From Amoebidium appalachense (lineage: Eukaryota > Protista > Ichthyosporea), in contig CAVNZM010000003.1 of assembly GCA_963693365.1 (NCBI GenBank), positions 4,163,106 through 4,227,105 on the forward strand: a stretch of 64,000 bases of DNA, in the 5' to 3' direction. This document shows positions 1-30,615 of the stretch, one piece after another. The first letter of the stretch is position 1; the number at the start of each line of letters is the position of its first letter. The notes beneath the pieces were generated by a model that saw only the letters and a list, made by a program, of their open reading frames with translations, searched no databases and was not told the DNA's origin. The position numbers and the translations under genes were made by a program.

Positions 1-9760
<9,760 letters not shown>

Positions 9761-11827
9761 GTTGTGATGCCTCAAGCTTTGCGTGCTCATGTATGGGTCA
9801 TGCGTCTTGTTTGTGCTGTATGTAAATGTATGTATCGGCCTGGCAGTTGGAAAACCCATGTGGGTATACATAGCATCCCTGTTTCGTTCTTGCTTTTCAT
9901 GGAGGCTCATTGGCGGCGCGGGCCCGGACCCGGCCCGGCCCGCCGTTCTACACGCTGAACCCTTGTTAGCCCCAAAAAGTGACCTTTAGATCCATGCGCA
10001 GCTGCCTTATATAGTATGATCTGAAACTTTTGTCCAATGAAAATCGTTATCGCTCCCAATTTGGAAAGTGACTTTCGGGCCAAAAAGCTACCTAATCGGT
10101 CGCTAAAACGGTTTGGGTCTCTGCACGGTAGTATACCCGTGACTACTGAACTGGCCCGTATGAAAGGGATAGATATACGCGGCAGCGTTTTGATTCCTTT
10201 GCCAACTTCATGCCGAGTGAAGGGAGTACTTGCTTGTGTACTTACCCCCCCCCAAATGAAAATTTTTGTGTTTTTCAATTTAAAGGTTTGGGCATTTCAG
10301 GGGCTGAACATTAGCATATATATGAATGACAGTGTATGCGCGCAGCATGCATGCTTTGGTGTCATCGATTGCATGATCATGAACATATATCCGGTTTATT
10401 TTGTTGTCAAAAAAAAGCATAAGCTATCTCTAATATATAGTAAGCTATGAAGCCCAAATACGGAACGACACCCCTCAAACAACAGTTCTTTCCATCAAAG
10501 AGCACCCCTATTTCTGGTGTTATCTCTGATCCACACCCGCGCCGCTATCTGCATGCGGAGCTTATGCCCCAGTGATCAAGCGCTGTGACTTACCCTGCCA
10601 GTCTGCGACTAGATCTGTGAGCTGTACACATATTTGCGCAGCCCGAACTGCAGTTACGTAATCTTCTGAAGTTAGAAACTTAAAACATATCTTGCAGGCC
10701 GAAGCGGCTTGAAAATCACGCATTACTCTCTCCAACCGTCATCGCTTTAACGCAAAGTTTATCCAGAAACCATCCGGGTCAAGATCTACACGGGCCGACC
10801 CGGCGTTTTTGCGATCGGGCCATCCTCGTGCGCCGATCTGCAAACGTGAATCTAAACAGGAGTCCCAGCCAAGTTTCAAGTCCTTTTCCCCGGCAGCGGC
10901 GTTGCCGAAAAAAAAAAGCGTATGTTTTCTTCGTTTTCTTGTGTATCCGTTTTCCATCCGCAGGTATCCACAGGGAATCAAGGTGGGAGGGGGCATTCGG
11001 AGACCTGTGGGGATGTGTAGGGCAGGCAGGAGCACGGTGACAAGCGAGGAACGGGAGGAGAGCTGCGGGACGACGGGAGATGCTATGAGCGTTCAGAGAG
11101 ATGGACATGTTTCGAGATATGAGCGACAATAGCATTTCGACGATGTTATTTTTTCCGGATATATTGCTACGCAGTGCAACACATGCATATAGTTTAGTGT
11201 AGCTTCTAGCCGTCGTGCAGGCTTTATACACTTTATACAATACATAAACATACGACCAGAACACTGCAGCAGCCTGGAACATCGTTAGATTCATTATTGT
11301 TCTCATTTTGACAAGCACACACCATACATACACGCCAAAGGCCATGTGTACACGATAATTTTCACTAGCCCAACATCCTCTTGAATGCGCCGTCAGCACA
11401 TATTTTCTTCCGAAACCAACAGCCAACATATAACACAACCATGGATTGAGGACGATTGTCATTATCACAGGAGGGGAGCTGCTACTCAAAACCTGGTTGG
11501 CAAGATTGGGATCAGCCACCTTCCATTGCCCTGCTTTTTAGTGATTTTATGGGCTACGCTGTGCGTTTGTTCAAATGACGGGAGTTAGTCGGATTATACC
11601 GTTATACCTGGTAACCAGCAGGGTGCAGAGCAGGCTGCTGTCGTTCAGTCCTTTTCGGAAACAGTCGAGCATTTTGCAGGTTACATTACACATGGTGGTT
11701 GCCCCTTCCCTGGCTGCACGAAGTATGCCCTAATTTCATCGGTTCGCTAGAACTTGAGTTCTGGACTTCTGTTTAGTTGCACGTCTCGATATCAGTGTCT
11801 GATACTTCGTTTCTCCCGTGCAGAAAG

Positions 11828-14073
11828 ATGGTTAGGCATAACAACCAGATCCCCAACGCGCACTTCCACAAGGACTGGCAGAACCACGTCCGCACGTGGT
11901 TCGACCAGCCGGGCCGGAAGACCCGCAGGCGCCTGGCACGCTCCAAGAGGTGGGTGTGTGGTTTGCAGGTGGCAGGGGAAGGGGTGGTGCAGGCAACGAT
12001 AGAGCATGGAATGAGGATGTGCGACGGATGGAAGCAGGTGCAGAGATCCGCCAGGACACAGGGAATCGGTCTCAGTCCAGCTCCACTTTTACATTTACTC
12101 AGAGCTGAACTTAGTCGGCTTTCATGTGAAGTTGTGTATGGACACTAAGCAGTAGGAAGAGCACACGAAGTCGAAGTGTTCATTCTCTGCTAAATGAGAA
12201 GAATATATGTCGGTGTGGAGTAAGATTCACGGAAATTTCGCTACAACTTAGGGTAGTTAGGAGATGATACCAGTGCAAACGTGTTGGCGGAGATTCATGG
12301 TTACTGTCGACTGTGGTTAAGTGCATGAATGATGCCATATTTAACAGTCACACTTCAGGCCTACAACTGGAACCTCTGGTGTTTTTGAGTTTAGGGTGCA
12401 GTGCTCGAAGGTGAGAATGGGTGGAATAGCACGCACGTAGATGGACACCAATCACCGTCGGTTTTTATGGTGAAAAAGGGCCGAGACCAACGATTTCCAA
12501 CACGGAGGGAGGAAGGCTACCCACTTGTGCTACGGGAAAGGACAGCACTGCATCTTTGAGTTTTGCTTGTCCTAAGCATCACCTCATGCATGTTCGTTGT
12601 GTTTTTACTCAGCAGCCGTGCGACACACACAACAAGATGGGCACAACGTTTTTCTTTTGAGTTTTCAAGCACCATGTCACGTTTGTTGAGGCCAATGTTG
12701 CGCATTTTATGGGGAAAATAGTTACTACATATTTCTAAGCAAGCCGCATTGCCACACAGGGCTACCGCCATTGCCCCCCGCCCCGTCTCCGGCTCCCTCC
12801 GCCCTGTGGTGCGCGGCCAGACCAACCAGTACAACAGCCGCGTGCGTGCCGGCCGCGGGTTCACACTTGTTGAGCTCAAGGCGGCCGGGATTGCGCCCAA
12901 GTATGCGCGCACGGTGGGCATTGCCGTTGACCACCGCCGCACCAACCGCAGCGAGGAGAGCGTGCAGGCCAATGTGCAGCGCCTGAAGGAGTACCGCTCC
13001 CGCCTGATTGTCTTCCCTCGCGGCAAGGCCCCCAAGAAGGGCGACAGCACTGTACGTTCCTCTCTTGCTCTCTGTCTAACTCTGTGTGTGGTGTTTTGGT
13101 TGTGGTGTGGTCGGGCGTGATTGGTTGCGGCATATTCAATGGCTGGTGGGCTGTGATTGCGTTTTTTTTTTTGGGGAGGGGGGCGGCATGGCGTTTGGAA
13201 AATGCGGCACTAAGGAGGGGGACAGGGCCGTATGTGCCCTCTCGCTCTCACTGATTCTGTGTGTGTGTGATATTGGTCGGTTGTGTTGTGTGTAGTGTGA
13301 TGCCTGGTGGTGTTATTGTTGTGCTGATTTAGTGACTGAGTTTTGCGGGTGTGTGATGTTTGACGTGTGGGAAGCGTGGAGATTTGACGATCGGAGGTTC
13401 ACGTACCTGGGTTGCAGGATGCTGGTGTGTTGTCTGTGCGTACGTGTTGTGTTCGTTTTTTGGTGCGGTGGGACTGTGTGAGTGAGTTGCTCGGTACATT
13501 GAAGACAGGCAGGTGAAATGGTTGGGTGACCCGTGACGTAGAGGTCGATTGGGATTTGGGGGGGTTGGGGGGGTTTTTTTGTGGGGGGGGGGGGGGGGGG
13601 TAATGCATCTGCTTTGTGGGTGAGTGTTGGTGCTACGTGGGATTATATCCAAGGCGCCAGTTTTGCTGATGTTTGAAAGATGATGCGTGATGGTGTTTGC
13701 TGACAAACTTTCCGCAGCACCACCCGCTCTTAGGTGCTTTTCCGCATCACATAAACCACCTACGCGCGAGCAACATAACACGTGTGCATGCTCATGCTTG
13801 TGTACGATATCATGCGAGCACACAGGCACAAAAAATCTGCACTAAAGCCATGCACATGCAATAACACAACAGGCATTCACTATCCCACACTACACGCTTC
13901 ACGGTTCTCCAAGACATTCACATGGCCATGAGGGGGATTCGCAGTGCACACTATACATTACGCTTTCAACCATTCCACACCCACCTGATTGTTTGTTTCC
14001 ATTCCCTGTCGCGCTTCTTTGACCGTGTGCACCCACCGACCTTTTATTTTTATCATCCCCTCCCTCTTCCCCC

Positions 14074-14104
<31 letters not shown>

Positions 14105-15059
14105 AAAACCCCCACCCACCCACCTACCTTCCTACCCTTCCACACTCTCTTCTCTCTGCTTCACGTTTGTATGCCAGAGGTCTTACGTTTTTTGTGAGCA
14201 TGTTCTTATCCTACACACAGATAGTTCTATCCTTCCTACCAAGACATTGTGTTCATGCTCTGGTGCCTGCATGTCATACTATCTACTTCGTCGTCACGCT
14301 TAACATGCAACCACACCCATAAACATAAATTGCACACCACTTGCTATGTGCCATGCGTAATCATCAATTCTACAATTCCACTGTCTTCGGGGGAAAAAAC
14401 CCCCTCCCCCTCCCCCCCTGTCTCAACACACACATGCACGGACTGGCGTATAACCACACACACACGCACGCGCGCATGGCGCCATCCTACACCTCTTTTA
14501 GTTTTAGCCCATAGCATAACTGTGACTGATGTTGGATCCTTGTGTGTTGTCACTTTTTGAAGTCTGCCTTTGGCAACTAATGTGAATTTCACCCTCGACC
14601 TTGTATTGATTTATCACACGCACACACACACATACATACACACGCCCTGCAGTTTTTTGCATACTACATGCCTCTTTCTCTCCCCATCGCAGTCACCCAC
14701 CCCTACCCCTACCGGTGCCGTTTTGCATACTTCATGCCCCTTTATCTCTCTCTCCTCTCCTCTCCCCCTCTGTCGTTTTGCACACCTAACACCTTATTCC
14801 ATTCTAACCACCTCCCCCCTCCTCTTTTTCACAGGCGGAGGAGTGCAAGGCCGCCACCCAGCTCACTGGCGCCCTCCTGCCCATCCGCCAGCCCGTCAAG
14901 AAGCTGAAGGCCCGTGCCGTGACTGCCGAAGACACTGCCTTCAAGGCCTTCTACACCCTGCGCCAGGAACGTGCCAATGCCAAGTTTGTTGGTGGCCGCG
15001 AGAAGCGCGCAAAGGCCAAGGCCGAGGCCGAGGCACAGAAGGTCAAGAAGGCCGAGTAG
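11828..15059 (+). CDS. RPL13: 60S ribosomal protein L13 (eL13), 3 coding exons, 212 aa
   Basis: Exons 11828-11949, 12760-13051 and 14835-15059 with GT-AG introns and consistent phases. The protein [18 protein letters not shown]...WFDQPGRK...[16 protein letters not shown]...[35 protein letters not shown]...[16 protein letters not shown] carries the eL13 signature motifs. Confidence 0.97.
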
Positions 15060-15204
15060 ACGTGACCCGGCCCGACCCGGTTCGGTGCGCTTGGCTCAAC
15101 TCGAAAGTAAAGACTGTTAACCTTCTGACTATGGGATTGTGTGTGTGTGGTCTGGCCTGGTTGGCTTGGCCAAGTTTGCTGGCCCGGTCTATGTGCTTTT
15201 CCAT

Positions 15205-15250
<46 letters not shown>

Positions 15251-15393
15251 ACACACACACACAGCAACCACCACCACCACCACCACTTCATACCCCGTTC
15301 TTGCAGTTCCGGGCCATTTTGGAAATGTTGGGCCTTATATGCGCACATTGATCTGTTTTGGACTTTTGACCAACACACTCCTACCAACAAAAA

Positions 15394-15424
<31 letters not shown>

Positions 15425-16598
15425 ACCCAACACACACACACACACACTTCCTCCTCCACATATAACCAAAAAAGGAAGAGGTGGGGTTGGTGGGCATATA
15501 TTTGGGGGAAAGCAGAGGTCCAAGGTCGATCAAATCAGGGCTTGAGATTTCGCTTGGGGAAAGCAAAGGCCCATTGAAGTTAATTGAACACATGCAAGCC
15601 AACGAACTTGCAAACAACAAAAAACCCCCACCAACCACCACTACCAGAGTCACTTACACACACCACACCAACCCACCCTGCCATAGAAGATCAAGCGATA
15701 GGGAGGGGAGGTGGTGTGGTGGCTTTGTATCTTTCATTCTTGGACGGCAAGTGCGTGGTGACTCCTGGCGTGCACCATGGTGGTTTTTTTTTTGGGGGGG
15801 GGGGGGGGTTGGCTTCCGGCTGGGGCCTCCAGGCTCCGGGTTCTGTGTAGCAAAAGAAACAGATCTTCACAAGCTCGACGTTTTTGATTCACTTTTTATA
15901 AGCCGGCCGCCAGGATGGCCCAGGGGGTTGGGGGTGGAGTTGTTTTCTATAGAGGGAAGTCTATGTATGTGTGCCCCGGGGGAGGAAGGAGGGGGGAAAG
16001 GGGACGGTTCAGGTAGAGAGGGAATATGAAGCCAATAGATCAGACTACATGCATAAAGAAAGGGATATGATCGAAGCCAATGCGTGGGGCATTCCTGAGT
16101 CTCTTGTACCCGGAAATATCTGTTCCAAAAAGATAATAATGATTTCAAAAGTTTGATTGGTCCAGGCATCTCTGTGTCGACCTGCATTCTCGAGTACACA
16201 ACAACCGGTTACCCCGGGCGCGGCACAGAATATTCAACACAGATATGCACACCACGTGAATTACAGTAACTTACTAATATCCGTACTTAAGGTCCCTTAA
16301 CAGAAGGAATGGGCCGCCGCCATGTGTGTGTGTGTGTGTGTGTGAATGCATGGTTATTTAAATTTGTGTGTGTGCAATGTGTCGTAGTACGTGTTTACAG
16401 ATCTCTGTATAAATAGCAACCTTCTGAAATGGTAGCCACGACCAACACTCAGGCAATAAAGCCCGCATTAAACAGATATCATGATATAGAGTACTCCGGA
16501 AAAAAAGAAGGTACATTAGCTCTTACACCCGTCATTCACCCAGATCATATCGTTTATCAGGAATAAACTACATGTACAATACCATCCGTTCTGTACAC

Positions 16599-16649
<51 letters not shown>

Positions 16650-16829
16650 ACCACCACCACCACCACCACCACCCGAGTCTTCCTGTTACCCGTTAACAAT
16701 TATCCACTGACAATAAGCATGCAATCCTTGTATCCACCAACACCAAGCCTTGCATATACAGAAAGCCCTACATTCGATGCAAAAGTCCACCACAAAACCC
16801 CTCGGCCGTACGCCAGTAACACCATAGTA

Positions 16830-16862
<33 letters not shown>

Positions 16863-17101
16863 GGGGCAATGTCGATGTAACCTCCTAGGCATCTTTCCGC
16901 TTTCGACGTTTCCGCCTTTCAATTTCCCTCTGTGCACACCCCCCAAAATAAGTAACCATCCAACACAACATGTGAAAAAGGGCCAAGGAACTCAACAATA
17001 GCATGTGTTATAGGCTCGAAGTAAATAATCATTAACGGAAAACACAGGGCAGATTGCAAAGCACAGAAGGAAAATGCATCATGAGTAAAGCCCATCCTTT
17101 G

Positions 17102-17202
<101 letters not shown>

Positions 17203-17454
17203 GGGGGGGGGAGGGGGGGTCCTTTTTCTTTGCATGTGTACTCACGCACTTGTCTGTAACCGTGTTTGTCGTATTGTTGATTTGAAGGAAGTGCAAGTGT
17301 TGGGGGGGAAGGGGGGGGGGGGGGGGGGGGGGATGGGGAGATCGGGCCATTTGAGATGAAAAGACTGGAGGAGAAAACAAAAAGGAAGATGCGAATGGGA
17401 GTAGGGATGGGAAGAAAGCGATTGTAGGGAGGTGTGTGTGTGTGTGTGTGGATC

Positions 17455-17562
<108 letters not shown>

Positions 17563-17882
17563 GTGTGTGTGTGTGTTTGTGTGTGTGTTGTGTATGCCTG
17601 GGAGGAACGGGCGGGAATCCCAGGGTGGTGGTGGTGGTGGTGGTGGGGGAAGGCGGGGGGTAACGGACAAGGATTAAGAGGGACGGGCGGAGAGGCCGAG
17701 GAGGGAGCAGCGAGGGAAACAAACAGAGGGACGGGGGGAGAGGGAGAGGGGGGGATGGATGGATGGATGGAGGGAGGGAGGGAGAAAAGAGATAAAGGGA
17801 GAGGTGGAGGGAGAGAGGAACGGGGAGAAGGGAAGGAGGGAGAAGGGAACATGTACATGTATGTTATTAATAAATGCTTGTT

Positions 17883-17913
<31 letters not shown>

Positions 17914-18244
17914 CTGGGGTGTCTCACTCCCTTTCTCTCTCTCTCCATCTGTGTGCGGATGTGCCTTTCCCTGTTGTGTGTGCATGTTTGTGCGAGCACG
18001 TGTGTGTGAGTGTGTTCGTATGTATATGTGTGTACTCGTCTTGCATGTGTGTGTTTGTGTTTGTGTTTGTGTTTGTGTTTGTGTTTGTGTTTGTGTTTGT
18101 GCGAGCTCGCGTGCGTGCATGCATGCATGTATGGGCATGTGTGTGTGTGTGTGCTTTTTTTGGATGGGGGGGGGGGAGGGAGGGGGAGGGGGGGGGGGTC
18201 CGGTGTGTGTGTGTGTGTGTGATGGTGGTAGTGGTGGTGGTGGT

Positions 18245-18284
<40 letters not shown>

Positions 18285-18483
18285 TGAACGCTTCATAAAG
18301 TACGAAGTACACAAGAACAACGGATAACACGATGCGGAATGCAAACCATACATAAATAGTATGCATAATAAGCAGAGCCCATCCTCAGGGGGGGCCCATG
18401 TCATCCACAGTACCCGAGTTTCGACCTATTCACCTCGTTAACGAAACCCAACTCAGATACTGTTTCACTTGAACATGGGTAGG

Positions 18484-20143
18484 TCACCCGTCTTGATCAG
18501 AGACGAGCAGGGTTATGCAGGCAAGCGCAGTGGGGAAAGGCCGGGGATTAAAGTTGCAGCAGGGGGCAGGTTGGTTGTCACCTACCTTTGCAAACATGTC
18601 CAATAGAAGCTCTACATTTTCGTTCCCTTCCTCCTTCACAGACCACGGGTCGAGGTTAGGGCACGACAATAGTGGTAGGAGATTGAGCCCGGGATTTTGT
18701 ATGTTTATTCGTGTGAGCGATGGGTGCCCGGAAAGACATCGTATACTGGTTAAACCCGGGGTATTTCGAAGGGTTAAATCAGTCAAGTTTGGGCAGCGGG
18801 AGAGCGCGGAAATGTTGATTAGAGATGGGCAATCGTGAACGGTTACGCTTGTAAACGACCGGTTTTTCTCGCCTGGACAGGGCCCGAATGATTGGAGCTG
18901 GTGGAGCCATTTCAGTTCGGCTTTTTCTAGGTACGGGTGCGATGTGACATTTAGAATTAGGGGGTCTTGTATTCCAGCTACTTTTATTTCTCTTAGTGCT
19001 GTGAGGTGTGGCAGGACGCCATCGGCGAATTGGGGCCAACTATGTGAATTCCTCGCGATAACCAGTACTGCAATTCAAGTGTTTCGGAACTATATTCCAG
19101 GCCCAAAACCGTGTCTACAAAGTAGACTCTGCCGGGAATGGACGTGGAAACTTACATGTTTCAGCGTCGTGCATTGAAGTCCGACAATCGGAACGTCAAA
19201 ATTATCGTTGACACAACGCGGTGCAAACGGACAGATTCGTAATGTTTGCGCTTTTCGCGAAGCAACATCTCGCAATTTCGGTGTGGGTGGGAGGCATATC
19301 CGTTCGAAACTCTGAAACTGAACTCGTTTTCGAGGTGTGGGCAACTTTCAATGCACGACAAATCGAAACTGAGACCCTCTCCATCCAGCCACAAAAAAAG
19401 CAAACTGCGCCAGAGGGTCGCGCTCCATACATCGACGGACGTAATCGGGGGCGCTCCTTCGTGGTCCCGCGTGCACAAAAAACTGTCCAATGCGCGCGCC
19501 GTTTCCATTAGATGGTTCATACCCCCCCGCCTCCTCGTAAAGGCAAAATTTCATCGACACTTCCGTGACGTGCTCCAAATTTTGTCCCTTTGTGGATGGG
19601 ATGTTCGCAAAGGCCGTTTCGATGCGTTTCAACGCGGAGCAATTCTCCCAGACTTGCCGCACGAAGAAACCGTCCTTGGGGGGGGTCGACTATGTGTCGA
19701 TAGTGATCGATTTTCACCCTCTCAAAGCGGGAACCCATGCCCTTCATAATTTCCTGAAAAATTTCCTTTTCATTGTCATTGAAATATTCGAACCTGCTTT
19801 GCCAGGTGATGTCCAAAAGGCGTTGAAACGACAAGAGCAACTGAATCATCCCTACCGGCAACATGGGTTCCCCGATGAGTGTACCTCGCCACCAATCCTC
19901 CGTTTCCAACATTACCCGACCCACAATGGGACCCCATCGTCGCACAAACCCCAAAAGAGTCGAGAAATTTCCGCTCTTTCGAGTGTATTCTCTCGTGTAG
20001 GAAAATCCCACGAGGCCCGCCTCGGGCGTGCGTGTGAGTTGGTCCAATCGTTTGCACACGAGGGTGACGGTTAGACGGTCGGGGTAGGGAAGAGCACGTA
20101 TGATGTGCACGAGAACCTCGGGGGTAGAACGGAGACTGGGCAT
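18484..20143 (-). pseudogene. Intronless F-box/LRR protein gene with multiple frameshifts
   Basis: The N-terminus [36 protein letters not shown] is F-box-like. The C-terminal frame (about 19076-18484) has cysteine-containing LRRs (VTVHDCPSLINISALSRCPNLTDLTLRNTPGLTSIRCLSGHPSLTRINIQNPGL..LSCPNL). The middle is split over several overlapping ORFs (19517-20143, 19348-19662, 19161-19520, 19090-19344). Some shifts lie near homopolymers, so assembly error is possible. Confidence 0.75.
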
Positions 20144-20151
20144 GCTGTATG

Positions 20152-20224
<73 letters not shown>

Positions 20225-20325
20225 GGATGGGGCAGGGTGAGGGGGAAAGGGGGGGAGGGGGGGGAGGAGGAAAGGGGGGAGGGGAGAGGGGTGAGAGGGA
20301 GGAGGGGTGGGAGGGGTGTGCGTGT

Positions 20326-20383
<58 letters not shown>

Positions 20384-20961
20384 GAGGCATGTGTGTTGTG
20401 TGTGTGTGTGTGTGTGTGGAGAGGAGGGGGCGGGGGGGCAGTTGTGTGTGTGTTGAGTGTTTTTGTGTGTCCGTGTGTGTGTGTGTGTGCGCGCGCGTTT
20501 GTGAGTGTGTGTGTGTGGATGTGTGTGTGCGGGTGTGTTTGTGTGTTATGGGTGGAGGGGGAGAGGAAAAAGGGGGGGAGGGGGAGGAGGGGGGGGGATT
20601 ATTAGTGTGTGACTGAGTGTGTGGACTCGTTTATGCTTTTAAAGTTCTCCAACGGTTTAAGGCAGTTGCTGAAAGGAAAGAGGGAGGGAGCAATCTGGTG
20701 GAGGTAGGGACGGAGGGAGGAAGGAAGGAGGGAGGGAGAGAAAGGGAAAGGGAGGGTGGAAGGGGGGGAGGGGGGAGGGAGGCAGAGAGGGAGGGAGGGA
20801 GGGAGGGAAGGAGGGAGAGAGGGAGGGAACGAGGGAGAGAGTGCGAGAGGACGAGGGTAGGGGGAGCCGGGGGGGGGGGGGGGGGGGGGAGGGGAGGGGA
20901 GAGGGGGAGGGAAGGGTCAGGGAAGGAGGGGGTGTAGGAAGGGACGAAGGGGCGGACGGGA

Positions 20962-20993
<32 letters not shown>

Positions 20994-22911
20994 TAGGGAA
21001 GGCGTGGAAAGGATGGAATAGAGGGAGGACGGGAGAAGGGGTGAGGAAAGGGGGGGGAGGGAGGGAGTGATGGAGGGCGGAAGAAGGGGAGTGAAGGTGC
21101 AAGGCCGGGAGGGGTCAGCGGGACGAGGGGAGGTAAAGAAGGCCGGAGGGAGGCAGGAGGGGACGCAGGAAGGGAGGGTTTGTGGGGGGTGGAGGGAGAG
21201 AGGGAGCCATCCAAACAAGCGCTAGCTCACAGGTATCCGATCCGTAAATAACTTCATGAAAGCAACCATCACCTACAGGGCCAAGAACATGCAACTCCCA
21301 ATAGTGGTAAACTCAGGGAAACCCCCGTCAAAAACACCCTGTTCTTTGAGAGCTCCCCTGCGGTTATAAGAAACAGCAACTTACCCTTGCTAGCATCCTC
21401 TGGATGCATGGCAGGCAGCCCTGGCTCGGCTGGCCTCGGCATATTCCAAGTCCTTATACTGGAGCGTGGTGGTTGCTTGCCATATAATAGACGCTTTACT
21501 GCCAGATGTTAAAGCACGTCATGTTGGCTCAAAAGATCTACTTATATGGGTTTGGTAACATTCCCTTGCCCGTAGATGTTAGAAGTAAGGAATGGTTTCT
21601 TGCTAGTGGTTTTTGGGCACACTTGAAACTTCATGACTCGCAAAAACTTTGTCTCACGTTTGTGTCGCGCCTCTTCCTCTCAGTCCCTGGCACGTACTGA
21701 CGGTGCCTGGGCTGCTTTGAACTTCACGTTCGCCTCAAACCTCTATTTTTCCTTACACTCTCGCGACCGCGTGCATGCTTTCTCTCGCGGCGGCTCTACG
21801 GTCCCGAGAGTCCAGTGTTCGCTGTGTGTGTAAGGAAAAATACGAGTCACCTCAGTAGGTGACAGTCTCAGTCCTAAGACCTTGATCGACTGCGGGCCCG
21901 GCCTGGGTCGGCCATGTGAGCTAATCTGTGAGCCTATGCGTTCATGCGCACGCGTATACGTACGTGCCGAAATTTCAACACGAGCGACGTCATTCATGCA
22001 TGAAGCGCTCAGTGTGGCATACCTTCCTGTACTTTTTTTGTGGGTGAGCCGCAGCGGCAAGGGCCACCAAGCAAGAGGCACCGGCCACATGAGCCCTTAC
22101 CACCATGTGCGTCTCTCGCCGGCTTGGGCCCCGTACGCCAGTGTCTAACGCCACCCTCACGGCCCTAATTAGGCAGCATGTGTGTTTTTAGATCTAATGA
22201 CCAAATGAGTGTGCCCGATGCACTAATCACATTCAAAAATACTAAAGTCTAAAACTAGCTGCGTGATATAAGGCGAATTGTCCTATCTCAATCAAGATCG
22301 GAATGCATTATGGTATGCCTTACCCCGTGTGACTCTAGAAGCTCTCCGGCTTCTCCGGTCACAGCCGCAACGACGCTGTGGTCGCAGACCAAAGCTTATA
22401 TTCAGAAAAATAAGCCTCGTTTTTCTCGTTTTTCCTCGTTTTTCTTTGCCTGTTTTGCAGCTCTGGTCCAGTTTTGTTGTTGTTTATCACGCTGTTGCTG
22501 AGAGGGACACGCCAGCACATGCAAGCAAATAATCAGTGCCGTGTAAAATGCAGAAGTCCTGGGCTTAACAGAAGTCGCGTTGGTTCACTTAAGGTGTTAA
22601 GAGTACGTGGCATGCATGCACAACAACCACCAGAGTAACTAAAAAAATAAACTCTTAGAACCACAAAAACCGAGTGCCGGAGTAACCAAGCTGTCGACCA
22701 ACGCTCTTACATTTATCCCGAATTTTGAAGAAGGGGTTGGCCAAAACTTTTTGAATAACAGCTAGCTAGTGTCCGTAACAATAAATCCTAAACCCCGAAT
22801 AACAGCAGCACATTTCCACAAAATTTCATCCGTGGGTAGATGCTTTAAGACCGCTAGTTCTGAATAAAGTTGCTAATACTCTGCCTTTAGTAATACCTCA
22901 CACTGTTAAAG

Positions 22912-29170
<6,259 letters not shown>

Positions 29171-29213
29171 TGTGAAGAGCACGGGCACGGGAAGTAAGCG
29201 GAAAAGATGGTCG

Positions 29214-29330
29214 GGATTATTAAGAGAAAACAGGCTCCCGCTCGCACAAGTGAGCACCTAACCATCAGAGATTTACCGGATTATTAAGGGGAAACAGTCT
29301 CCCGCTTGCACAAGTGAGCACCTAGCCACC
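29214..29330. repeat. Two-copy 64-bp tandem duplication just downstream of the lipase stop codon
   Basis: GGATTATTAAG...CTCCCGCT.GCACAAGTGAGCACCTA.CC occurs at 29214 and 29278. Confidence 0.85.
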
Positions 29331-29467
29331 GTGTTGTATTGACGATGTACCGGGTGGATTCGAAAAAAATAATCGAGTTTTGTGGAGAATGTAGCAGTTG
29401 GCTGGCATGAAAACACACGACTTAGCAATATTATTCCAGACCATTTATCCATTTTTCCTTCTTTTTT

Positions 29468-29502
<35 letters not shown>

Positions 29503-29716
29503 GGGGGGGGAGGTGGGCCAGGGGAGAGGGAGGGGAGGGGGGGGGGGGGGGAGGGTAGGCGGGGATTTCATATGTGGCATCAGTGTACTCCAATTTGGTT
29601 CCTTCTATCATCTACATGTGCATGTTGTATTTGCCTAATCTTTGCTTTTTTTCTATTTTTGTTTTCAGTCCCTGGCAGTTGTGTAAAGAGTGACATGGGG
29701 AGGGAAGGGGGGGGGG

Positions 29717-29762
<46 letters not shown>

Positions 29763-30336
29763 TTGCTGATAGGCTTTTACTCAGTAAACGAAATGAAGAG
29801 AAGAGCCATCACCTGAGAGAAGAAATAGGCACAACTCTCTGACTCTCCCCGCACTCAGAAATTTGCCCATGCACTGTGTCGGGATGAGAAATCAAATTCT
29901 AAATCACAAAATACTGGAGATTAGTGTGAGATTGGACGTGTATGGGGGAAAAAATGGAAATCACAAGAGCCGAAAACCAAGGGTATTTAGCCTAATTAGC
30001 TCTATAGTGAACTGAAGGAGCGGAGAAAGCCTTTGCCGGGATAAGGACGCGGGGGGGGGGGGGGGGGGGGGGGGTGGGGTTCGTGGTTGGGACATGTTGG
30101 AGGGTCAAGATAGACATGCCATTGCCACCAGATTCTGGACAGTTGCAACGTGGGAAAAGGAAGAACTGAGAAATTTAATATTCAGTGGAATCATGGAACA
30201 TAACCGAACAAGTTCAAAATAAAAGGTGCTCAGTCCTAGTGGTTTAGTGGATGATATTGGCCGGGACACAGTTATCAATGGTTTTTTTCTTCTTCTCTTT
30301 TTTGTTTTCCTTTTTTGGTGGTGGCAATGGTGTGTG

Positions 30337-30414
<78 letters not shown>

Positions 30415-30567
30415 GAAGGAGCAATCCCCCCCCCCCCCCTCCCCCCCCTTCCCCGGTCCAGGGCATGTGTGTCTGTAAATTTGATGGTGCCCAAGTGAAT
30501 GTGTGTGTGTGTTGTGTAAAGGCTTGTGTATGTGCCTGGGTGTGTGTGTGCCGGTATGTGTGTGTGT

Positions 30568-30615
<48 letters not shown>

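Noticed and set aside
9911-9957. GGCCCGG-rich segment ending GTTCTACACGCTG, resembling a hAT terminus
   Set aside because: No matching opposite terminus or TSD was found; similar short motifs at about 10790, 15063 and 21893 are too brief to support a call.
10779-11519. 246-aa minus-strand ORF upstream of RPL13
   Set aside because: No recognisable domain or convincing protein-like composition; it overlaps the probable RPL13 promoter region.
11950-14834. Intronic snoRNAs expected in a ribosomal protein gene
   Set aside because: No convincing box C/D pair with a terminal stem, or H/ACA hairpin pair, could be identified by eye; snoscan or Infernal would be needed.
21510-22848. Possible TTAA-AGCA-bounded element between the F-box gene and the lipase
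   Set aside because: Only about 8 bp of inverted match, which is expected by chance.
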